Shown: positions 13,403 to 26,150 of the stretch, in pieces
How the letters are laid out: each line of letters opens with the position of its first letter
Position numbering within the stretch: position 1 is the stretch's first letter
NCBI RefSeq assembly: GCF_006345805.1
Contig: NC_043013.1
Span: 44,764,001 to 44,828,000, forward strand
DNA length: 64,000 nt
Direction of reading: 5' to 3'
Origin: Octopus sinensis
Lineage: Eukaryota
Translations under genes and position numbers: made by a program
Notes under the pieces: generated by a model
The model's input: only the letters and a program-made list of their open reading frames with translations
Databases searched by the model: none
Told to the model about the DNA's origin: nothing

Positions 13403-13502
13403 CTAGATATATATATTCTATATACATGTGTATATATATATACATATCTATTACCTATATCTATATACATACATATATATATACATATATCTATCTACTC
13501 TA

Positions 13503-13535
<33 letters not shown>

Positions 13536-14511
13536 TTATATATATTAATATATAAGAATAAATGTTTTTATATATAATGACGTGAATACAGGAGGGACGA
13601 ACACGGAACACAGACAAATCATTCGAAGCCTTCAATCTTCAGTCAGACACCGAATATCATAGCCAATTTCGGCTGTTCAATTCTGATATTTGCTCCAAAC
13701 TCGGCAGCCCCAAGAAAAAAAACTAAGCTGTAAGCATTAGATTTCTTGGTTAGAAGAAGGAATGTGAACGCACAAGACGGATGTAAATACAGAGACGAGA
13801 ACGAATTGAAACAGTAATAATTATAAACAAATATATATATATACAAAGTTATAAATTACTTAAATACTGCAGTAATGTAAGTAATTTATTAATTATTAAA
13901 TGATATAAACCATTTACATGCTTTTAAGTTACGAAACAATTTGTCTTGATATAATCTTCTTATTGTTAAATAAAACGTTATCAAACTATTTCTCTGTAAT
14001 TTATGATTTTATACGTTCCTACCGGTTTCTCTTGTATCGTAATATATATTCTGTGTTTTGTAGAATGATAAAGTAATGAGCTTTTTTGTGGTTACAGCCG
14101 GATTACTTGAATCCATATAGTGTGACTTAAATATTGTGACGTTGCTTTGCGATCCTTTCGACATCTGACATGTGGCACACAGTTACACCTGTACAGGTAA
14201 TGTCGATTTGATGGAAGGAGTGAGCTTATATCTACACAAACATTTGATCACTATAAACGAATCATCTTGTTCGGTTAGAAATTGTCGAACCCTTACACGT
14301 CGTCTAACGACGGGAGAGTCCATTATATATATTTGAAAGCATGTATATATTAATATATATATATATATATATATATTCAATTAGATAAACACGTAAAAAC
14401 CAGATTATATACGTCATTCCATCAACCTTATATTCGCTTCATTGACGTAAAAACTAGGGCAAGTCGATTCTCTTCCTTACAATAAAACACAACCAATGAA
14501 ATAACAGCTTG

Positions 14512-14615
<104 letters not shown>

Positions 14616-15882
14616 TCCAGCGACGAACTCAAATTTCAATTACAACGACGTACTAAATTCATCTCTGCGAATAAAACGAAATTTCAAAAAAAAATCTTCA
14701 TAAGTAGAAAATATATGAACAAGAAATGCTATAAAAATCCTATCAAATGTTATTGAGATATCTAAAATGGTACAAAGAGGTCACTGTGGATAAAAAAAAA
14801 AGGTAAATATGGATGTAAAAGAGAGATAGTGGTATGCGGAATACGCAGAGTAAAATTTGGAGATAGAAAAATTTTGCTATTACGTGCAACTTTGTAGGTG
14901 AAGCGCTGAAGTAGATATATGGTGTTGTATATGTATGTATGATTGCTTGTGCGAATGTTGGTGTGTATATGTATGTGTTTGTTTAATGTGTATAACGATT
15001 GTGTGGTTGGAGAAAAGAGCAACGCAAAGAAAGCGGGAGAGAGAGTAAATTTGTGGAGAGAATAGTATGAAAGCAGAGAAACTGGATGGTGAAAGAATCA
15101 GAAAGGGCGGAAAAAAAATAAAAGAGGAGATGGAATTAAAGACAGAAAGAAAAGAGAGGAAATTAAAGAGTAGGAAAGAAAGTAAGAAAAGAAGAAAAGA
15201 GAATAACGAAAATGGAGAGAGAGGAGGTGTTTCGACAAAAGGAACAGAGAGTGAGAAAAAGAGAATGGGAGGGATTTGTAGATTAAATGTAGTCGGAAGA
15301 GTAGAGAAAGAGAGGAAGATAGAGTTAGAGAAAGGGAAGATACAGAGAAATATGAATAGTGTCAGAGAGAGGGGAGGGAGAAATAAGAAAGAGAGAACAA
15401 GGAGTCATTAGACGAAAAGAGAACGAGCGATAATAATAGAAATATTGAATGTGTTGGTAAGGCAGACGGAGAGAGGAAGAGGAGAAAATGAGGAGAGTGA
15501 CAGGGAGAACAAAAGAGAGATGGAGAGAGTTGGTAACTGTATGTGATGTAATAAATGGAAGAAGTGTAATAGAGAGGAAGGAATAGGATAAGACAAAGCT
15601 AGATATTCAACATCATTACATCTATTTCTGAATACAGCATTCATTCGCCTTATCCATATATCAGGTAGGGATTGTAAACGCCAAGATGGCGGAAAGAAAA
15701 AAGTGGAAAGTAAAAGATGTGCGTTGTCGAATTGTGTGGTGTTACTAAGCTGGTCTAGGTGGAATTGTACATTTGGACAGGATAAGTTTGTCTTGAATTT
15801 AGATAGTTATCTCCAAAGAAGACATTTCCCCCATCCACTTGCAAATGGTTTCTATTTCTGTCTCAAGAACCTTTATTTGCTG

Positions 15883-15920
<38 letters not shown>

Positions 15921-16173
15921 ATAATACAACATATTTATAAACATATATATACACAATATATACTTATTAATATATATATATATATATATGTGGTGTGTAT
16001 ATATAATATATGCACAGGACAGGAACTTAGTTCGATTTGAAAACCCCATTAGAATGGGAGAAAGCGCTAATATATGATCTAAGTTACATGATGTTATAAA
16101 AAATGTAATATACAAATAAATATCTGTAAATATAAATCATCCGAATTCTGAGTACCTCATTTCTTCTAATATA

Positions 16174-16260
<87 letters not shown>

Positions 16261-16399
16261 CTGAGAGAGAGAGAGAGAGATATGTGTGTGTGTATGTATA
16301 TAATATATTATATATTATATTATATATATATATATATAGTATTATATTTGTAAAAAATGAAGTTCGAAAATGCTGCTGTATTATACAATTTTTAATTTT

Positions 16400-17165
16400 A
16401 TATATACATTATAACATGTTTTCAGTCCTGAATGAACCTTATCAAAAAAAGTATATATAAAAAAAGACAGCTCATGCCGTCAAACACAAGAAATTCATTT
16501 ATAATACACAACGGAGTCAGACATCTTAGAGTTCATGTATAGTTGATATATAGTTCATGTATAGTTGATATATAGTTTGAAGTATATGTTCAAAGTGTTC
16601 GATCAGTGGCCCACGGTGGCGATACGTATTCAATACAAAAAACAGATCAAAGTGGTGGAGAGCGGTCAATACAGAAGATTGATGTTTCCGAAAAGAGCGA
16701 GGAATTCATTTTTACCTTAAGCAATTGTGATGACCCATGGTGGATGTTCGCTGGGTGGTTCTAGTGGGTTTTGTGAAGTGATCGGTTTTATAATGCCTGT
16801 TAGGTGGTCAATCCAGCGTAGCGTGACGTCATCAACGTTTTGACCAATCGTTTTCGTTAGGTGGCTTTAGTCAAGCAGAACGGGACGTCATCATTATTTT
16901 GACAATCGCTGCATTATAACTGCCTCTGTTTGTTTCCTGTTTTGACCAGTCGCTTCGTTAGTCAAGCAGACGGGACGTCATCCAGATTCTGCCCAATCAC
17001 GACTTATAGCTACATTAGATCTGCCCCCTGTCTGTACTTGTTAGGTGACTAGTCAAGCAGAAAAGGACGTCATCAATATTCTGACTAATGACTGTCCCCT
17101 GTTTGTATCCTGTCCATTCTAGCAGAGCTAGACGTCATCACTTGTTGACCAATCAGAATCGGGTC
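16400..17165 (-). mobile_element. Probable decayed Penelope-like element 3' region
   Basis: Minus-strand remnant TDHFTKPTRT...HHNCLR...TALHHFDL loosely resembles a GIY-YIG C-terminus; followed by decayed HHR-like UUGAUAA-GGUUC..GGACU-GAAA-ACAUGUUA at ~16405-16447; GACGTCATC repeats upstream. Confidence 0.35.
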
Positions 17166-17426
17166 TGACCCTTAGCTGTATCGTATGTATCAGGGTCAGA
17201 TTTGCACGAAAGAAATTTTTTTCCTTTTTTACTAAGGCATATTCCGTCATTATATAATATATATATATATTTATATTATATATATATATAATATATATAT
17301 ATATATACATTTTATATATAATGTAGTATATATACATTATATATATATATATTGTGTGGTTGTGGTGTGTGTTATTTATATATATATTTATATACATTTA
17401 TATATATATCTATATATATATTTATA

Positions 17427-17505
<79 letters not shown>

Positions 17506-17749
17506 AATATCACTATACAGATAGCCACTTACACAACTCACGTATGATGTTTGTATGAATAAATGTATTTGTGCATGTATGCAAGTAAATATGTATATAC
17601 ATATTCCTCATTTCCTTTCCTCTCTTGCGTGTCTCTCCCTCAGCTTCTCTATAGTATATGACAAAGGACTATATCCGAAACGTTATACTTTAACTCTACA
17701 TATTACTTCTCTAAGCGTGAGCCAAATAATATTAACTGTGAAAGCACTA

Positions 17750-18290
17750 TGAAAATTTGTTGTTTTTGTTAAACTTTTGAGGTGTAGCGCAGGACTTGGA
17801 TATTGTGTCCAACTCCTGTTGCAGGTGCGCAACATCTCCAGGGTCCTGTATCCTCTGAGAGACTTTTGTATCGTCTGCGTAGCTAGCAATGGTCTCTATG
17901 TGAGCAGCTGAGGACATGTCTGGGAGAACCACTATGAATAGCAGTGGCCCTAAGAGGAACACCACTCACTATACATGTTTCCTTAGAGGTGGTGGCTCCA
18001 TTGGCCGCGATTGCCTGACTTCTATCTTTTAAAAAGCCATGTAGCCACTTTTCAAGTATTCCGACAATGCTGGGATCACGCAGCTTGAGACATATCATTC
18101 TATGGTCGACTTTATCAAAAGGTTTTGCAAAGTCAAGACATATTATGTCCGCATTTGAGTTGTTAAGCAGCTGCTTTAACACCCGGTCTAGTGCTTTAAG
18201 TGCTGTGTCCGGCAGCTTCTACCCGGTCGAAAACAATGCCGAGTGTCAGTCAGCAAGTCATTCTCTTCAAAGCACGCAATTAGTGTCCTA
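17750..18290 (-). pseudogene. CR1/Jockey-group LINE reverse transcriptase fragment
   Basis: DIICLDFAKPFDKVDH...SGVP.../LGPLLFIV...ASYADDTKVS motifs across a frameshift. Confidence 0.9.
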
Positions 18291-18649
18291 ATTCAGTGAT
18301 AATTCAGATTATAAAAGTAATTTTTAAATTGTGGTTATATATAAGTATTCATGGAAACCAATTCAATGAATAAATTACAAAGCTGATTGAGCAACGTTAT
18401 TTTTAAAATAACGGTATGCAGTTGGATGACAAGGGAATTGACTGTAACGGAAAATATTATATAAACACTCAGTGAATCGAAAGCCTTTTTATTTTTTAAT
18501 ATATTGTAGATGCGGGAGAAAAAATATATAAGATTGACTACGTCATGAATAAGTAGTGACGTGAGATTAAAATAGGATGTAATAGAAGTAAGCACAACAT
18601 TAAAAAATAAGAGCGAAGAGGTACCACTCAGTAAATAGATTAGTTTCAA

Positions 18650-18850
18650 ATTTTGGAGCAGGGGTATCAATTTCTGGAAAGGGGTTAAACCGATTACATC
18701 CACCCCAGCGCTTAACTGGTACTTATTTCGCCCGAAAGGTATATAAGGTATAGTCAGCCTCGGCAGAATTTTAATTCAGAACATAAAGACGGACGAAATG
18801 CCGCTAATCATTTTGTCCGGCGCGGTAATGATTCTGTCAGCTTGCCTCCT
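18650..18850 (-). mobile_element. SINE family A copy
   Basis: Reverse complement of the family A head and core. Confidence 0.75.
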
Positions 18851-18984
18851 TCTCTCAATAAATGCGTTAAATAAAATACTAATAATAAAAGAAAGAAGAA
18901 AGCAAGAAGTTAGAGAAAAAAAATCGCGATGAGAGAGAAAGAGAAAAAAAGAAAGAAGAGGAAGAAAAACAGTGGAATGTAATT

Positions 18985-19563
18985 TTTTCTATTCTAGGCG
19001 CAAGGCCCGAAATTTTGGAGTAAGAGCCCAGTCGATTAGATTGACTCTAGCACGCAACTGGTACTTAATTTATCGACCCCGAAAGGATGAAAGGCAAAGT
19101 CGACCTCGGCGGAATTCGAACTCAGAACATAGCGGCAGACGAAATACCTATTTCTTTACTACCCACAAGGGACTAAACACAGAGAGGACAGACAAGGACA
19201 GACAAACGGATTAAGTCGATTATATCGACCCCAGTGCGTAACAGGTACTTGATTTATCGACTCTGAAAATATGAAAGGCAAAGTCGACCTCGGCAGAATT
19301 TGAACTCAGAACATAACGGCAGACGAAATACCTATTTCTTTACTACCCACAAGGGGCTAAACACAGAGGGGACAAACAAGGACATACAAACAAATTAAGT
19401 CGATTATATCGACTCCAGTGCGTAACTGGTACTTAATTTATCGACCCCGAAAGGATAAAAGGCAAAGTCGACTTTGGCGGAATTAGAACTCAGAACGTAG
19501 CGGCAGACGAAGTACTGCTAAGCATTTTGCCCGGCGTGCTAACGATTCTGCCAGCTGGCCACC
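18985..19563 (-). mobile_element. SINE family A with ~180-bp internal unit repeated three times
   Basis: tatcgaccccgaaaggatgaaaggcaaagtcgac..gaactcagaac recurs at ~19070, ~19255, ~19440; single head at ~19563. Confidence 0.85.
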
Positions 19564-19896
19564 TTAAAGGGGGCAGCGATAGATTAGAAGAGAGATGGGT
19601 GAAGAAGGCAAAATACGAAACGAAGAAAGTGTTACATGTTGTATTGGACACATATCGAATATGACTTGTAGCAAAGAGTCGGGGGAAGGAAATGGTTGAT
19701 AGCTAACATGGTGCTAGAAAAATGATACAAATATACGGGAGGACGAGGAAGAAATTAGAATCATAGAAACACCGAAAGCGAAAGGAATGAACAAAGTGCG
19801 AACACACAGACACAATAAAGGATTATAAACAAAACTGCAGTATACTTACGAAAACGTGTAAAACTGCTGAAAAAGGAAAGATGTCTGTGTGTGTAC

Positions 19897-19937
<41 letters not shown>

Positions 19938-20390
19938 GATGATGATTCATAGTCTAGCGGTTAGGGCGTTGCACTCCCGATCGTGAGATCCTGGTTTCAA
20001 TTCCTAGACCGGGTGGTTCGTTTTGTCCAAGCAACGTCGATTTGATAGGAGTGGTACAGCACATAACATTTTATCACTATAAACAAATCATTTGTGTAGG
20101 TCGATCGGCAAAAAAAAAACTGAACTCTCATACGTTATCTTCGACCAGTGAGTCCATCATTATTTATTATCAAATTTTTATATAAATAAAATAATAAATT
20201 ATTCACCACACAGGCATGAAAAGCATATTCTTTATCCTGAAAACAAAAGAAAAGGACAAACGACAACGCGGCAAAATTGTCGGGTTGCTATGTCGATATA
20301 CATGCAAACAGACCCGTTCATGCATACACATGTTGGTACATACTAATATATATATATATATGTTTATACTTGCATGCATCTAAAGACGTG

Positions 20391-20807
20391 GGATATTTTC
20401 GGTTTGACCGGCAGTTTTTAACATAATTTCTAGGTAACTAAACACTTTTAAACTTCGTATACTGGTAGAATGTGTTTATAAAACATCTTTTTCTCTTGGC
20501 TTTATTGAGAAAATTCTATAGTTTGTAAAATATTTGTTGCTTTTTTTCTTCAATTTTTGCAATTTCAACCAATCAAATACGTCTATTGAGGTAAAAAAAA
20601 CAAAACATTCTGTGCCGTATGAATATGTCCCTCGTTTAAGAAACAGATTGGGTTTATTTACATTTGTGAAGAAAAAAAGATACCCTTCCCCCACCCCTAA
20701 CCCTAAAACAGATTGAAATGCAATAGATCGATACTAGGGTCATAATTATGTGTGACAATTTCATATGACACCGCTAGAAAAAACTGCCGTTCAAACCGAA
20801 AAGATCC
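20391..20807 (+). mobile_element. MITE with GGATCTTTTCGG TIRs (Merlin-like) carrying TTAGGG-like repeats
   Basis: TIR ggatattttcggtttgaccggcag / ctgccgttcaaaccgaaaagatcc; flanks aaagacgtg/aaagacgta; inverted copy at 46034-46451. Confidence 0.85.
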
Positions 20808-21341
20808 AAAGACGTATATCTAAAGATGTACAAACATATTCATATACAGAGAGCCTTAGTGGTGGGATATATAGATAGTTATGAAGCTAAGAAATATAGA
20901 TAAAAAATAATAACGAACATGATTTGCAAGACATGTCTACGGCGATAAGGATGACGAATGTGAAAATATAGCGCATGTATAATAAAATTCGATGTCTGAA
21001 AAATGTGAGGGAGCACAATATGATGTACTAAGGAAAAGCCGAGGTACTTTAAAACTGAATTATTTTAAAAGAACGATATGATTGGCGAAGCTTACGACAA
21101 GAATTTCGAAACATGTCTACAAAAATTCAAAAGTTCTGTTTAGCAGTTCAATGCAGATTCGTCTTAGGACAGAATAAAATACTTTTCACTCAAGCACAAC
21201 GGACATCCCAGTGTCCGTACCATTCTTATTTGTAAAGGTTAGTTTACTCCAAAGTAGACCAATGTATCTTACAAAGGGCAGAATCAGACATGTATATAGT
21301 ATGCAAATATATAGATACATACATATATATGTGTGTGTGCG

Positions 21342-21405
<64 letters not shown>

Positions 21406-21487
21406 GGTGTGGGTGTGTTGTGTGTATATATACATCTATATATATATGTATATATATATATGTATCTCTCTCTCTTTATATATATAT

Positions 21488-21872
21488 ACTCTCTTACTCT
21501 TTTACTTGTTTCAGTCATTTGACTGCGGCCATGCTGGAGCACCACCTTTTAGTCGAGCAAATCGACCCGGGACTTATCTTTGTAAGCCCAGTACTTATTC
21601 TATCGGTCTCTTTTGCCGAACCGCTAAGTGACGGGGATTGTAAACACACCAGCATCGGTTGTCAAGCAATGCTAGGGGGACAAACACACACATACATATA
21701 TATACATATATACGACGGGCTTCTTTTCAGTTTCCGTCTACCAAATCCACTCACAAGCATTGGTCGGCCGGGGCTATAGCAGAAGACACTTGCCCAAGAT
21801 GCCACGCAGTGGGACTGAACCCGGAACCATGTGGTTGGTTAGCAAGCTACTTACCACACAGCCACTCCTGCG

Positions 21873-21875
<3 letters not shown>
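21488..21875 (-). mobile_element. SINE family B copy
   Basis: Full-length reverse-complement copy. Confidence 0.9.
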
Positions 21876-21968
<93 letters not shown>

Positions 21969-21970
21969 AT

Positions 21971-22001
<31 letters not shown>

Positions 22002-22205
22002 ATAAATCTCTAAGCGAGGTATAAACAGTAACTGCTCTGTAATATAAGCGGGACCAGCCATCTGAATGTGGCTAGGGACAGGGCGGGGTGGTGGGGGTGT
22101 TACTGATGCATTTAGCCCCAGGCGACTATAGACGTCACCAGGAGAGCCGACACCATCACGGTGTCCTTGCTAGCCTGTAAAGGAGATCAGCCTCCCCGAA
22201 GATAC

Positions 22206-22258
22206 GGATGCTACACACGGACCGGTTTCGAGGTGGTCGCCTCTCGTCAGCGCATGGC
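22206..22258 (-). ncRNA. Type I hammerhead ribozyme (canonical core)
   Basis: GCCAUGCG-CUGACGA-GAGG-CGACCA-CCUC-GAAA-CCGGUC^CGUGUGUAGCAUCC; palindromic helix III ACCGGU; GUC triplet with C17 at 22220. Confidence 0.9.
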
Positions 22259-22563
22259 AGCATCCGTATCTTCGGGGAGGCTGATCTCCCTTTACAGGCT
22301 AGCAAGGACACCGTGATGGTGTCGGCTCTCCTGGTGACGTCTATAGTCGCCTGGGGCTAAATGCATCAGTAACACCCCCACCACCCCGCCCTGTCCCTAG
22401 CCACATTCAGATGGCTGGTCCCGCTTATATTACAGAGCAGTTACTGTTTATACCTCGCTTAGAGATTTATTATTGTTATCGAACAGATTTTCGACGCCAG
22501 TGACTGTGTTTACAGTGAAAATCTATATATTCTAGCCTGTAGAGGAAGTCCTAAACGAAGAAC

Positions 22564-22625
22564 GGTGCTTGCCATGCGCTTACGAGAGGCGACCACCTCG
22601 AAACCGGTCCTGTGTGTAGCATCCG
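22564..22625 (+). ncRNA. Type I hammerhead ribozyme, second copy (G5U core change)
   Basis: GGUGCUUGCCAUGCG-CUUACGA-GAGG-CGACCA-CCUC-GAAA-CCGGUC^CUGUGUGUAGCAUCC; C17 at 22609. Confidence 0.8.
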
Positions 22626-22857
22626 TATCTTCGGGGAGGCTGATCTCCCTTTACAGGCTAGCAAGGACACCGTGATGGTGTCGGCTCTCCTGGTGACGTC
22701 TATAGTCGCCTGGGGCTAAATGCATCAGTAACACCCCCCACCACCCCGTTTCCAGAAACGTAAAACTAACTTTCACTGAGCGTCTGTTAATACTTTCCAT
22801 GTACCACGTCCTTGCGTTGCTCTTTTTTCTTCTTCTTGTGTCTTTCCTTCGTTTTTT

Positions 22858-22891
<34 letters not shown>

Positions 22892-22911
22892 GCGTGCGTG
22901 TGTGTGTGTGC

Positions 22912-22955
<44 letters not shown>

Positions 22956-23334
22956 TGTGTGTGTTGTGACGGCATTTCGACCATCTTTATATTCTGTGTT
23001 CAAATTCCGCCGAAGTTGACTTTGCCTTTCATCCTTTCTGGGTCGATAAATTAAGTTCTAGTTGACTACAGGGGGTCGATATAACCGACTAGCCCCACTC
23101 CCCGAAAACTTCAGATCTTACACCTATAAGGTAGAAGAGATTATTATTATTATCTGTTCCCCCCTCTCTCTCTACACTTAACATTTCCTTCACCTCCTTC
23201 CTAAATTCTTACCCACAGCCTCTCTCTCCTTTATTCTACCCCTTCCATCTTTCATTATCTCCCACTCTTTCTTTTCTTTCCCCAACCCCACTGTCTCTCA
23301 CTCTCTCTCTCTCTCTCTCTCTCTCCTCTCTCTC

Positions 23335-23382
<48 letters not shown>

Positions 23383-23512
23383 ACTCCGGTTTATATTGCT
23401 TTCTTCAACTCTATTTACAGCCTTTATCCAACAGTGTCTATAAGTGTGATGTGTTCCTTCGTGTTTGTGTGTGTTAGCGTATTATGTGCATGTAATTCTG
23501 TATGCATGTATG

Positions 23513-23562
<50 letters not shown>

Positions 23563-23705
23563 TGTGTACATATGTATGTATGTATTTATGTATTTATATA
23601 TATACATATACATACATATATATATATTACATTATATATATATATATATAATATATATACATACATACTTATATATATATATATATAATATATATATATA
23701 TATAC

Positions 23706-23755
<50 letters not shown>

Positions 23756-23809
23756 TATACTATATATAATATATATATATATATAGTATATATATTTATA
23801 TATACATAT

Positions 23810-23849
<40 letters not shown>

Positions 23850-24129
23850 TATATACATATATATATATATACTATATATATATACACACCACATATATAT
23901 GTGTGTGTGTGTGTGTGAAGAAATAGATAGATAGATAGATAGACATACATATATACATATGTATATGTACATACATTGTATGTATGTATGTATGTAGTAT
24001 GTATGTATGTATGTATGTGTGTATGTATAGTCATCGTCACACTTCAATACTAACGGCACCATCAACAACCATCTCTTGTGATTCCTTCTATTATAAGGAG
24101 AGCTCCGTTTTTCCAAAGATGATCTCGAG

Positions 24130-24729
24130 ATATAAGTTGCTTTTATGCTCTGTTCCATTTTCTGCTCCCTTTCTTGTTTTTCCTCTTCTGCTTCTTCTGA
24201 TTCTTCTCCTTCCTCTTTTCCTTCTTGTTCTTGTTTCTTCTTCTTCTTTCTCCTCTACTTCCCCTTCTTTTTTTTCTTTTCGTCTTCTTCTTCCTTGTCT
24301 TCTTCCTCTTGTTCTTTTCCCTTTTCTTCCTCTTTCACTCCCTCTTCTTTTTCTTCCTGTTCCTCTTCTACCTATGTCTCTTCTTCCCACTTCTTCTTCT
24401 TCTTCTTCTTTTTTTTCTTCTTCTTCTTCTTCCTTTTCTTCTTTTTCTTCTTCCCACTTCTTCTTCTCCTTCTCCTTCTCCTTCTCCTCCTTCTCCTCCT
24501 TCTTCTTCTTCTTCTTATTATTATTATTATTATTATTGTTATTCTGCTTCTTCTCTTCTTTTTCTTCTTCTTTTTCTACTTCTTCTCCTTCTTCTTCTCC
24601 TTCTTCTTCTCCTTCTTCTTCTCCTTCTTCTTCTCCTTCTTCTTCTTCTTCTTCTTCTCTTCCTCCTCCTTCTTCTCCTTCTTCTTCTCCTTCTTCTTCT
24701 CCTTCTTCGTCTTCTTCTTCTTCTTCTTC

Positions 24730-24812
<83 letters not shown>

Positions 24813-24836
24813 TTATTATTATTATTATTATTATTG
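24130..24836 (+). repeat. Compound (CTT/CTC)n and (ATT)n microsatellite
   Basis: Direct inspection; explains the low-complexity ORFs at 23984-25037. Confidence 0.95.
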
Positions 24837-25114
24837 AGTGGCGATGGCGGTGGTGCTTGTGCTGCTCTTGTCGGTGCTCTTGTGGTGATGGTAGTTATAG
24901 TTATGGTGGTTGTGATTGTCGTAGCAAATATGGCGTTAGCGTTTTTAATACTGGTGCAGTTGGTTTCTTTGTTTGTTTGTTTGTTTTTCGCTATTGCTGG
25001 CCTTGATTGTTTCTTAAGCTTTATAATCTACATCTAACCATGCAGTTTATATAGCACTCCTGTGCGCAGGCATACATGCACAGACTCACACATTCACACA
25101 AACTCATGTAGACA

Positions 25115-25152
<38 letters not shown>

Positions 25153-25984
25153 ATGTCAATTATAAAGTTTACAAATTCATCTCATTCAATTCGATATCTT
25201 CAAAACTTATGGAAGAACTATTTTCCAGTTTTTTTGTTTTTACGTCAATGAAAAAAAAAAGCAAAAATAGAAAAGAGCGAAAAACAATACAAATAAGATG
25301 TTTGGCAAGGAATAGAGTAACGTTTAAAAAAACCGGACAGTTAAATTCTAAATTTGGATACAGGCTGAAAACTAATAGCTTTAATTCAAGATGAGTAACT
25401 TTTCTTTTATAAGTAAACTAAAATTAAACTGAACATCCAAGTACTTCTAAATTTACGAACGTACAAATATTTTTAGGGATTAAAATTAAACGAAAGTTTT
25501 AAAGCATAGTAAGATTTTAAAGAATAGTAGCTTTTTAAGGCATTTGTAGATTGTAAAACTTAAAGGATAGTTTATATGTTATAAGAATATTGTAGAATTT
25601 GTAAAGTCGACAGGGGATTAATCGTAATTAAATCAGATTCCTAAAAATAAGTATAGAAGGTTGTTTTCATTAAACTGGAATTAAGGAGGATATTAAGTTA
25701 GTTTAGCTTATCGTAATATATTTTGTGAAGAGGCAAATTAGATTAAATGACTATATGTTGGCGTTCGTTAAGTAAATAGATATTTAATATAGCCTGAGTA
25801 AAGAAAATAAAATTATTGGATCTTGTTAAATTTCTTCCAACCATTTGAAAAACTTGGAGGTGTAGGTTTGTTTTCATTCATAATTAAAACACCGATGGTT
25901 CGTAGTATGGTCCTAAACTCACAGTGAAACTAAGTAGGTTTTGTATATGCAATCCTAAGTACATCGTATATATTAATTTCAAAT

Positions 25985-26150
25985 TGTGGCACAGGGCCAG
26001 AAAGTTCGAGTGAAGGGGTTAAGTTGATTACATCGACCCCAGTGCCCAACTGGTACTTATTATATCGCCCCTGAAAGGATGAAAGACAAAGACGATCTCG
26101 GTGGAATATGAACTCAGACCAGCTAACGATTCTGCTAGCTCGCCGCCATG
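25985..26150 (-). mobile_element. SINE family A copy (deleted)
   Basis: catcgaccccagtgcccaactggtactt...ctagctcgccgcc. Confidence 0.75.

Larger units (their letters stand above)
22001..22748. repeat. ~359-bp hammerhead-containing repeat (putative non-LTR retrozyme) with head-to-head inversion
   Basis: agcatccgtatc at 22259 and 22618 (period 359); 22001-22212 is the near-perfect reverse complement of 22259-22470. Confidence 0.85.

Noticed and set aside
18985-19563. Regular ~180-bp repeats resembling a CRISPR array
   Set aside because: Eukaryotic SINE multimer; there are no unique spacers and no cas genes.
25885-25950. CCGAUGG...GAAA-CUAAGUA-GGUUUU hammerhead-like arrangement
   Set aside because: Two core mismatches and no stem II; cannot be distinguished from chance.
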